64,000 bases of DNA from Bigelowiella natans CCMP2755 (lineage: Eukaryota > Protista > Cercozoa): the NCBI GenBank assembly GCA_000320545.1, contig ADNK01000774.1, forward strand, positions 55,206-119,205, read 5' to 3'. Of the stretch, positions 51,101-61,849 are shown one piece after another. The position numbers were made by a program, and so were the translations under genes. Each line of letters opens with the position of its first letter. Positions within the stretch are counted from its first letter, which is position 1. The notes below the pieces were generated by a model that was not told the origin of the DNA, made no database searches, and was given only the letters and a program-made list of their open reading frames with translations.

Positions 51101-53418
51101 TTATATCTATTAGATTGCTCCGTGGCATCCATTTTAATCCATTTTAAACAGTCAGTATGAAACCGAGACGCAGTTGATTTCAGAATATCTGCAACGAGGT
51201 GCCCACTTACCTCTCTGGAAATTGAAAGAGTCAAAGCGATAGTCTGCCTCAATTCCTTTGCAAAAGTAGGAAAATCATATTGCTCCACACAGGTCCACAG
51301 AAGCTGCACAATTGTTGCAATAACGTAAGTCTTCATCTTCGAAAGGCTGACACTCTGGTGTTTCGAAGGAATATCAAAAACTAGCGGCAGTAGCCATGCC
51401 TGCCAGTTGTGAACTTGCAATAGTGCCTTAGCACTGACCCGGTTTGTTAGAATATGGTAGTAAGCATCTTGTAGACACTTGATTCGTGGATATATATTCG
51501 AATGATGTAAGTTATCAAATACAGCTGGCCAAAGACAATGATTCCATATTTTACGACTGGGTTTTAAGGATAAAGCTTCGCTATCGAAATCACTATCAAA
51601 CTTGTTGACCTCGTTGTACATCATCGCCATGAGACAAGAGTGGTCTTCCATGACTTGGCAAATAGGCACTTGCCGACTTCGGAGAACTCTACAATGTCGA
51701 ATGAATTGGGCGAATGATGCACTGAGCATTGTCACATCAGCGTCATCGTAGCCCATTGTCGCTCTCATCACTAACAAGAAAACTCGATAACTAACGTTGC
51801 GGAGACTCTGCATAGGCGACGAAACTCCCTCAGCTGCAAGATCTAGAACTCCATCTTTGGAAGATACGATCCAGTTAAATATGAAGCGGGTTTCTTCAGG
51901 TGTGAGCTCCCCGTTATGTTCTTTGTCGAAAAGAGCATCTTTGAATACAGGTACAGCTCCAGCTTTCTTCCATAGGTCAATCTTGGTTCCATCCTTCCAT
52001 ACCATCGCAGATCCCTTGACTTCGCCTTGCTCTAATTTTTGCGAGAGCTCCCTTTCGTCAATGGGTCCCCTTGATCTTGAAATTCTCTTGTAAAATTTGC
52101 TTTCCTTATATTCAGAGAATTGTTCTTCAACCAGTTCGTGTATCCTGCTGAGAACCGGCTCAAAAGCTTTTTGAGGCTCATCAGAGCTAAGAACTTGTCT
52201 AATCTTCCTTCTCTCTCTTTCAGTTGGATCAACTGACATGTCTGCATCAAGCTTGATGTACAAATCGAATATTCTCCAACCCTCTTGAGAGATAGCTTCA
52301 GAATCCAGTTTTTGCCCATCTTCTTTAATTCCCTTTTCAAAGTTTCTTGCATCGCATAAAAAGAAAATGTTTTCGTCTTGATAGAGAGCTTTCAAATATG
52401 TTTTGAAAAGTGGAATAACTTCGGGGTCTTCTATGGCTTCAGATAATGACGAAAGTGACTTCGTTTCTTTCTTGGCATCCTCATAGAACCAAAAATTTGT
52501 AACAGATTTTTTCGTTCGACTGGCCCTACTGACGGATTCTGCATCTTTTCCGCCTTCACTGTGATTGACAAGTGGCAAGAAGGGGTTGCTTTTGGTTTGG
52601 GATACAGCACGAGAAGTCAAAGCCGCTGTACTTGTCAATTTGAATGCATTTGTATGTGATCTACGATGTTTTTTGGTTATCTTATCATACTTTTTTTGGG
52701 TGAATATTGGCTTCATATTTAAAGGAGCTGGTTCATGGTGGCTTTTCCCATCTAAGTCTCCGTCATCCATGCCGTCATTTGCCTTGATGAGCTGTTCTAC
52801 ATCTCTTTGGGGTTTTTCATATTTTAGTAGTATTGTCGCAATTAACTTCATTAACTTCAGATCATCATCAAAATGAACTAAGAGCTTCTTCAACAATCTT
52901 GGCCGAGTAAAAATTGCTTTGAGTAGGCCCGAACCAGGTCCAGAGATAGAACCTATGGTTTCACTAGAAGCGTCGATGGGTTTCGAATTCCCTTTTTCAT
53001 CATTGAAAAACTCCACTTTCCATTTCGGTATTACCATATTCCTGCGACCACCCATTTGGTTTATTTTCGACAACGCAAATTTTGAATGCTTTACCGCATC
53101 TATGATAGCTCGAATAGTTTTCACCCACGTTTCTGCTTCTTCTACATTCGGGGCCATAAGCTTCAAGACTTGCCCATTCGCAAAAACATCGAACTTTCGT
53201 CGATTTTTCTCTACTTCCTTCACAAGAAGGATGTCATGAGTATCCATAAAGCCAAGGGGGAAGCTTTCACCCGCCCGTGAGTAATAGGTAAACTGATGTG
53301 TGGTCATGCTCATGTAACGCTTGACCCAAAGTCCTCGTTGACCGCATTTAGATAAGGTGCCAGATACATGAAGAAATCCAGGGCCTCCAGTCAAATCGGA
53401 AATACGATTTGTAAACAT
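48167..53418 (-). CDS. Extra-large G-alpha fusion: PH - GYF_2[RGS insert] - neurobeachin-like alpha-solenoid - heterotrimeric G-alpha; 9 exons, ~1572 aa
   Basis: Exons 53418-50622, 50564-49318, 49262-49183, 49120-49017, 48937-48834, 48770-48724, 48663-48580, 48483-48373 and 48311-48167 sum to 4719 nt, stay in frame, and use GT-AG introns. G-alpha motifs: GPGQSGKST, CRQRTLGI, DVAGQR, FLNKAD, TCATDT. RGS motif: FKTYLKALYQDENIFF...IFDLYI. The PH domain ends in EEAETWVKTI. Confidence 0.85.
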
Positions 53419-54697
53419 CTGCCCAAAGAATTTGTCATTTTTTTCAAAATTTTTTGGGTGATGTCAATTCGCATGAAGATTAAAAGTACTTTTGAGAAGC
53501 CGTAGAGAGATCAAATATCGTGCTTTAACCCTCTCCTTCTAGTTCCTGGCATGTAAATCAGAGTTTCAAATTGAGGTAGGATTAGAATTCACATCAAATT
53601 TGATGGACACAGCGAAATCTCCCTAAGTGTGGATAGATAAGATAACCGAATATTGAAAATTATCAACGGGTTTCTGGACGAACCAGCAATCAGCCAACCC
53701 AAACAAAATCTCAGACCCTTGCATTTCTAGTATCACCCTACCCTTATCTGTATGTTACCCTACTCCCCTATGCACAGCACTGGATCTATTCAGGATGTCG
53801 CACAGTGTGAATCGAAAGAAAAGAAGACTCATCATGGAGCTAACGCAAAGCAAAATGTAATAGTTCCTCATACATTAGTACAGTAATACGTTCTATAATT
53901 CATGTCGTATTGTAGAAAAAGGGATGAACAGCATTATTTGTAGTGAGGCACTGGTCTTACATCAGAACACTCAAAAGCAGTGTTCGTCTGTCTGTCTTTC
54001 GATGGAATTTTGCACACTTGCATTGTAGTTGTGTTGTCGTTTCTCTGTTTCAGATGTATTCTGTGCTCTCTGGGGCTGTCAATCGCATCCAACATAATCT
54101 TCGAGACACATCAGGAAACACAATATCGGTGACATGTAACTCTCGTAGAGATTTTGTCCTTAAATTGACTAATCTTACCCAAAACAGACGACAATTTCGA
54201 AAAATACTTCTGAGAAAAATGGGTAGTCGGAAAGCGACAAGCAGTTCACCAGACGGTCCTCATCACACAGACAAATTAAATGGTTTCGGTTAGAGTCCAA
54301 CTTTCAAAAACACACATTCCCAAAAGAACCCACGACAAAATGAGTATCAAAATGATGACAAAACTGATGTGCGACAAGCATAATGGAAGATTTTCACGTA
54401 ATAAATCCCGACAAGATCTCTCGTTCCCCCTGCAGACCAGATCAACGATAACAAAGTAGGCTTTCCCGCAAGGCATAACACTGTTGAGAAGGTAGCTCTC
54501 GCGGGACGCAAACCCATCACAAATGTCAACATTTTTCAGATACTTTGGTCTGAGCCAAAGGTCGTGCGGACTCTAATTAATTTTCGTAGGACGAGAGTTG
54601 AAACTCGGACACCGTGAAGGCCGACACTGGTTAAGAAAAGCAAATTCAACCATTTGTGGAAACTGAAGGGAAGAAATAACAATCAAATTAGTTTACT

Positions 54698-55771
54698 ATG
54701 GATGCTCCTGAATCAAAATCAACTTCTGCCAAGGAAGACAAACCAGCTGAAAAGAGTGGCAACCAGGGAGGTAAATAAATAGATGACGCGAAGCAAGTAG
54801 ATGCATTTACCTAGGAAAAATCAATTGAACTGAGCTTTTGAAATGCAGAGACCACCGAAGGGGATGGAAAATCGGGAATAAAAGTCATTCTTCTCGGAGA
54901 TTCTGGAGTTGGAAAATCCAAGTAAGTGATTATTACATTTTTAAGGAGCAGTAGTCATTCATCTTATCGATGCTCTTCCCGAACAGATTAATCGAAAGAT
55001 TCCTCATGGATAAGTATGTGCCGCTACAAAACTCCACATATGCCCTTACTATCTTCCGGCACAAGGCGAAAGTTGGTGAGAAGGAAGTAGACATCGACTT
55101 TTACGACACTGCCGGACAGGAAAGATTTGCCTCAATGCATCCGTCCTATTACTTCAGGGCCCAATCCTGTGTACTGGTAGGTACTTCCAAATATATTTCA
55201 AATTTTATTCTAATATGCTATCGTTAACTAGGTTTTCGACACCACAAGGAAAATAACGTATAAGAATCTAATGCAATGGTACAAAGAATTAAAGCAATAT
55301 CGGCCAGGAATTCCAATTATATGTGTCGCGAACAAGATTGATGTGAACCCAAAGGCAACAACGAAGAAGTTCAAATTTGCGACAAGCAGAGACGTGCGTA
55401 AGAGTCGTTCGTCCTCGTATATCATATGCTCATCAGGCCTGTGTAACCCAGTTCTTATTTTTAGTTACCGCTCTACTACTGCTCTGCTGCGGACGGGACA
55501 AATGTGGTCAGATTGTTTAAAGAGGCAATCCGTCTTGCTGTAGAAGGAGCTGAAAAACCATCCAACGACTTTACAGAAGAAGTGATGCGAACGCTTGAGT
55601 ATTTTGATATGAAGGTCGGTATAAGAAATGTGATTTCTTCGGGTATAAGCGTATCACTATCTTTATTGTGAACTACTACTGCAGGAAAAAACTCAAGTCG
55701 AAGGAAATGACAAGGACAAAGACAAAGAAAAATCAAACACAGAGACAATTAAAGAGAAACCAAAGAATTAA
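54698..55771 (+). CDS. RABL2: Rab-like protein 2 (ciliary, IFT-associated small GTPase); 6 exons
   Basis: KVILLGDSGVGKSKLIERFLMDKYVPLQNSTYALT, DTAGQERFASMHPSYY, ANKID and SAADGTNVV. The STYALT and SMHPSYY strings are typical of RABL2, and there is no C-terminal prenylation Cys. Confidence 0.92.
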
Positions 55772-56659
55772 GAAAAATATTGAAAATTATTGATCTCATG
55801 TGGACGGTAGCGAGAGAGGCCTTCTCATTAAGTTTCTGCATTCTGTAAGAAAGAAGCGTGGCACTGCAAGGCGTTAGGTTGATAAATGATATAGCCATAA
55901 GTAGCAACAGCTTATGACTTCTCAACATGGTTAACCCTTAGAAGCATATTCTGAAAATTCGCCCTACGCATTTTCAGCATTTTGCTGTCGTGGCTTTGTG
56001 GATATTGCATGAATCCTTGTTATTGTATCTGCATTGTAAGCAATATGGACAGCAATTTCGAGTTATCGTCAGGGCTGATAAGTTTCGATCGTGCGAGCAC
56101 ACCCATTCCCATTGGATTTCTGATGAACACACACATACACATACATGTGCATGCGTGGGACGGGATGCAATGATTGATGTGCAGGCACGTCGTGCGTCTC
56201 TGCAAGTTGTTAACAATTTGCATTCTGTTAAGCGTAATCTTATGAAGCATAATATCTATCAAGTATGTACAAGCTGTGCAAAGCGGCAGCTACGTAACTA
56301 ATGCTGTGTTATAGCTGCATGTGTCTTTTAGTTTCAGCTAGTTAATATGCACATGTTGCTGTGATTAGTAAACGTCCATAGAGCAGCTAGCTAGCATGTT
56401 GCTGTAGCATTAATAGCAGCAATATACATACGCGTGCTAGCGTGTGTGCCTCATGCACATGTACATGCATGTGTAGCTCAATCAAGCGTACGCTCTGCTA
56501 TAGCATGCAGGTCTCGACGACTCAGCATCGTCGGCTTGTGCGATTATGCGTACGTGTATGTTCACGCGTCAAAATCGGCACATACTTAAAATGCAGCATG
56601 GCCTCATTCTGGCATGGTCGCGCGCAGACATATCTAAATACAAAAGCAGATTTAGCATC

Positions 56660-56745
56660 AGCGCTGTATAGCCGTTGCTTTGTACAGCTATATAGTATCA
56701 GGGTGACCATTGAACAAATTTAATTCAATCATTACATCCACCTCA
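56660..56745 (+). repeat. Dispersed motif copy 5 with conserved 5' flank
   Basis: agcgctgtatagccgttgctttgtacagctatatagtatcagggtgaccattgaacaaatttaattcaatcattacatccacctca aligns with both 16761-16834 and 25852-25898. Confidence 0.85.
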
Positions 56746-56943
56746 GCTCACAAGCTAGCCATTTGCATTCCTTTGTGCATGCAAGTGCACATAGGACACA
56801 TCACGGCTCGTGACGCATGTTTGCATACAGTGCACGATGCCTATTGTTCTGGCGCCTCCACGGACAGTAGCGTGCCTTACATCACATGTGCTGCACATTG
56901 ATGACTTTATTACTACTCTCCCATCATTTTTAATTTGTTAATT

Positions 56944-59140
56944 TTACATCTTTTTGTCGAAAATTGTCCTTATTGCAGTTCGACTTGCGCGCGGGCTAGT
57001 CTGTGTGCGCCCTAACACCCCCCCCCTCATCTCCGCGGGGTTGTAGATCACCCGGTCGCTCACCTTTTTCATGAATCGTTCTTGATACCTGGCAAGGGTG
57101 TGCCAACAAATAACTAGATTACTTAACTAACACACGACGAGAAACGTCATTTCAGCAGTGATCAAGTTACCATTCTGCTACCATAGTATCGTCTATTGTT
57201 ACGATCATCATTCTTGCTGATAATCACAAGGACTCAGCCTACAAGAAAGTAATACCTCCGAAAGAGTTTGTTGTGTACCAAAACACTAAGCTACAGTGCT
57301 TCGGTATGTGACAAATCATCAAAAGCAACACGGATCAAAAATTATCCGTGCTTGATGCTCTCACTTGCTTTTTGCCATATCAGCATCATTAGCATCATCA
57401 GCGTCACCATCAGCATCATCGGTTTATGGGTGTAGTTGTCGTCCACTTACGGTTTTGGTGGCACACAGGAAATCTCTTGATAGTCGGTGCATCGACATTG
57501 GAACATTATCTGCGGAGATTATAATACAATTGCGGTGAAAATAACGCAATGGTGGCGGGGGAGAAGATGAGGAGGTACACAGTATGCAGCGTTAGTACTG
57601 AGTTACAAGTCTTGTTGCTGCTACAAAACAAAACAATGCAAATGTTTTCAACTACTTTTGCTGCCCTCTCTAGCCACTTGTTCCAGTCCCATTCCTATAA
57701 AGAAGAAGAAGAATGTTTTGATTATCACCGCAATAGAATTTCTCCATTGTTTTTGGCCTCATCACAATGCCATCGTGCTGCACATAAACATGTCTTCTTA
57801 AATCATCCTGATAAACGCACTACTAGCATCTCCTTCTTACCTGTAAAACATCAATAATGCCTATGTAGTACATTCCCGGAGCCCTGACACGAGCAGCTGC
57901 AAGGATCTCAAGGCTAGAGTGGCTTGATACCTTCTCGTCGTTTCCAAACAAAATTCCAACACCGTCAAATGATAAATATCCTCCGTAACTCTTATATTTT
58001 CTATGAAAATCTCCCACTCCTCCCCTTCTCTTTCCCTCCCCCCCCCCCCCCATCTCTCTCTCTCTCTCTCTCTCTTTCTGTTTGTGTGTATGTGCGCGTG
58101 TGTGTTGATACATAAGAACCAATGTTATATGTTATAAGAGTAATACACGGGTGTAAGTAAGGTAAGTTTCATCTTACGTTGTTCAGCTTCTTGTCATCGT
58201 CTGTCTTGTAAGTATAGTTCTGTACACCAACCAGCAGCGAATAGTCCTTTTGCAAAGAATGGATAGCGTTGTTACGATTATCATCAGACATTACCAGCAT
58301 AGTACAAGAAGGGGGAGAAGAGGAATGTGCAGAGAGGCAACACACCACCACGTAAAAAACATCATTATCACTATAAAATCAAAAAAGAAGATACTTCAAG
58401 GCAAAACAATAGTTTCTGTCGTAGCAATCGCAGGATTGACAAGATAGCGAGTCGTCATCATGATGATATCACCATAATATTCTTTGAGCTGAGAAAGTGG
58501 GTGTCGGCCTGGAGTTGTCTCAAAACGCGGCTCCGAGCTTCGGTAGTCAGCTTTAGTTTATGCAACCGGATTGAACCCAGCATTGGCAGCAAAACAGATG
58601 TTATTATAACGACTATCATATTTCCATATTTAATATAGGTGTAATGTATGCTTTGAAACCAGCTTTTATCATGCATAAAATAGCAGCAGCCACCTCGAGA
58701 GGAATGTGAAAGTCATTGTCTTTGAGGGTGCTGCTGCCCTTCTTCCCGGTGCGATTTACCCTTGACCCTTTTAGGTCGTATTTGAGATGGATATGCCTGA
58801 AGAAGTAGTCATAAATTAGCAATACCTGCTAGTATTCTGATGATGACCATTGTACTAGTGGTGTGATTCATATCTTGACCAGAACGATCGTTTGGTGGGA
58901 TGTGGTTGATGATGCTGATGATGCTGATGCTGATGCTGATGCTGCTGCTGCTGCTGATGATGATGATAATACCCCTCGGGCGGTAGAAGAACGTTGTTCA
59001 TGACACTGAAGTATCTTCGATAGTTGTAGTAGTATTTGCAACAGCAGCAGCAGCAGCAGCAGAAAACGTATTTGGATAAGTCAGCAAGCTATGGTACCCG
59101 TCATATATGGTAAATTATCACCAGCAACCGGACACAACAA

Positions 59141-59178
<38 letters not shown>

Positions 59179-59741
59179 TCTCACAGCAACGATCATCTGT
59201 CGTTTGTGCATCTCTTTATGAAGGGGGTCTCAAAAAGAAGTGCCAATATGCTCCTATCATCATCATCATCATATCATCCTTGATCTTGTTTTTGAAACAG
59301 TAGTGAAACTCGCTTCTACTACTACTACTCAGTGTGGTTGAAGAGGTCCAGCGCGTAAATGCCAAGGAACTTGCAAATCAGCGATGCTCGGTTGGCTGTC
59401 TAAATGTGGTTGATAGTTTGTATTTGTACAATTATAAGAGACACGACGATACGATGAATTGCTATTACTACTACTACTACTACTACTAGCAAGTAGTAGT
59501 AGTAGTAGTAGTAGTAGCAGTAGTAGCCCCCTCCCCCCCCCTCGTTCCCCCTCGTTCATAGCCCATACGATCGATTTCATCGAAGTACCATATGTCGACA
59601 ATATGCTGGTAGAATTCTCCGCATTGCCTACACAGACGACGACAACAACAACATTGATCAAGGAAACGAGAGAAAAATAAGTCATAATGGTAGCTGTTTT
59701 ATGATGATGATATGAATGGCATTTAGAGAAAAACAATGATA

Positions 59742-59774
<33 letters not shown>

Positions 59775-60349
59775 CTTGAATTCCGTCCGATGAAATGTTA
59801 TATCAATAAGGATCCCACGCATCATCATCTCCGTCATCACAACTACCACCGCAACCACCACCACCACCAGCAGCAGCAGCAGCAGCTATCAGCATACCCG
59901 TAGTTCTGAACGTGACATCGTCTTCACAATGTATTGTTTGTCAGCAGTGAAGAAGAAGAAGCTCCCCGACGCGCCCTCGGAGAAGTTTGTAATCATCTTA
60001 TCAACACCGGCTGATGATACACATACACGCACATCAGCGAGCAGCGACCGACCTCTCTCGTGCTTTCCTCGTTATCATCAAAATCATCACCATCATCATC
60101 ATCATAATCATCGTAATCATCATCATCATCACCATGATCATCATCCAACTACAACAACAGCAATCATACATTATTACCACTTAGCTCCTCGATGAGATCT
60201 TCCTCATCAATGCCCCATAGGTCCCGTAGGTACGCAAATCGTCTCCATTCGTAAGCGCGAAATTCAATGTTCTCCTCATACTCAAGCTTGCAAAACAAGC
60301 TTTTCCTGCTGCCACCACCGCCCTGTCCCATGAGCTGATAGACACCCCC

Positions 60350-60389
<40 letters not shown>

Positions 60390-61591
60390 AGGAGGGGATA
60401 AGAGAGGATTTGGGATATGGAACAAGGGGAGGGGGGGAGAGAAGGAGGAAGAGGCAATGAGACTCAATGTAGGAGCAAGGGGAAGAAGGCGGCCATTCTA
60501 TCATAGGACAACGACGATTCTGATGATGACGACGATTTTTATTATAATTATTATTATGATTATTATTATGATAATGAGCCATGAACGCATTCCTTACGCT
60601 ACTTCTTCCCTATCACATACACTACGCAGAAGACATGCAAACGATGAAGTCGCATGTAATGAACGGCATGCAGCAGCAGCAGCAGCAGCAGCAGCAGCCC
60701 AAAGCTGCAGCACCCACAATATCAAGCTCACTACTACTACAACTACTACTACTACTACTACTACTACTACCACAACCATGGTAGAGTCCTCCTCCTCCTT
60801 TTGATCACGCTGAACGTCACTGCCCTGCTGCTGCTGCTGCTGCTGCTGGGTGGAGGGAAGTTGATCATCGCGCACATTCTCGTGTTTGGTGGCAGCATCC
60901 CCCGTGTTGTTTTCCAGTATCACGGCTTTGATGTCAAACCTGTCCGTTCGGCCAGGACGGTTTGATAACGCATGTTTCTTGTTGATTGACCTTTTATTGC
61001 CACCACTCATCACCTCATCACTGCCGTCGATGGTAGCCGCGTTGATCTCGGGGTCTTTCTCCTCCAGTAGCACTCTCTTGCCATCATCGTAAAAGATGCC
61101 CCCCCCAGACGTGAACGTCCTCGACTTGTTCTTATTCTTCCTATTCGAGGATTTTCGTTGTACCGACACCGGAGTAACAGTGTCCTCCTTGCCGTTTGGT
61201 GCGGTATGCTCAGAGTAGTAGCTGCAAACATGCTCATCATCGTCGCCAAATCTGTAGTCGTCGTCTTGGGCCGAAGAGAAGCTCAGGCGCCCGAGGAAGC
61301 TCTTCCCTGGTTTCCTGCATACGTACATACCTTCGTCATCATCATCATCATCATCATCATCGTTGAAGCTTCTAGATAGTGGCGAGGAGACAATGGCGAC
61401 GACGACAACAACCCTGGCCGTAGAGATAATTCTGCGTTGAGATGGCGACTAAGATGCGCTTTTATTCCCGCTCTGGCAAGGAAGCGGTAGTAAGTGGATG
61501 GTAGATGGAGAATAACTGTGCGGGTAATTAACAGAGCTAGAAGAACAGCACGTGCGTTTACAATGAATTATCTCTGTCATCTCGTCGTCTT

Positions 61592-61663
<72 letters not shown>

Positions 61664-61796
61664 TAATATTGTCATTATCATTCTCACGTTGTCTGAGCGA
61701 TGAACTCACGTCGTAGCGGCATGGAAATATCACCAGCGGATGTCTACCAGTAATAATAATGATAGCTCAGAAGAGGCGCTCTATTGATAGAGCTCT

Positions 61797-61849
<53 letters not shown>

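Noticed and set aside
49297-53418. Treating the 942-aa and 420-aa ORFs as two separate genes
   Set aside because: The second ORF begins with TTG just after a CAG acceptor, only ~30 nt separate the ORFs, and two phase-compatible GT donors join them in frame.
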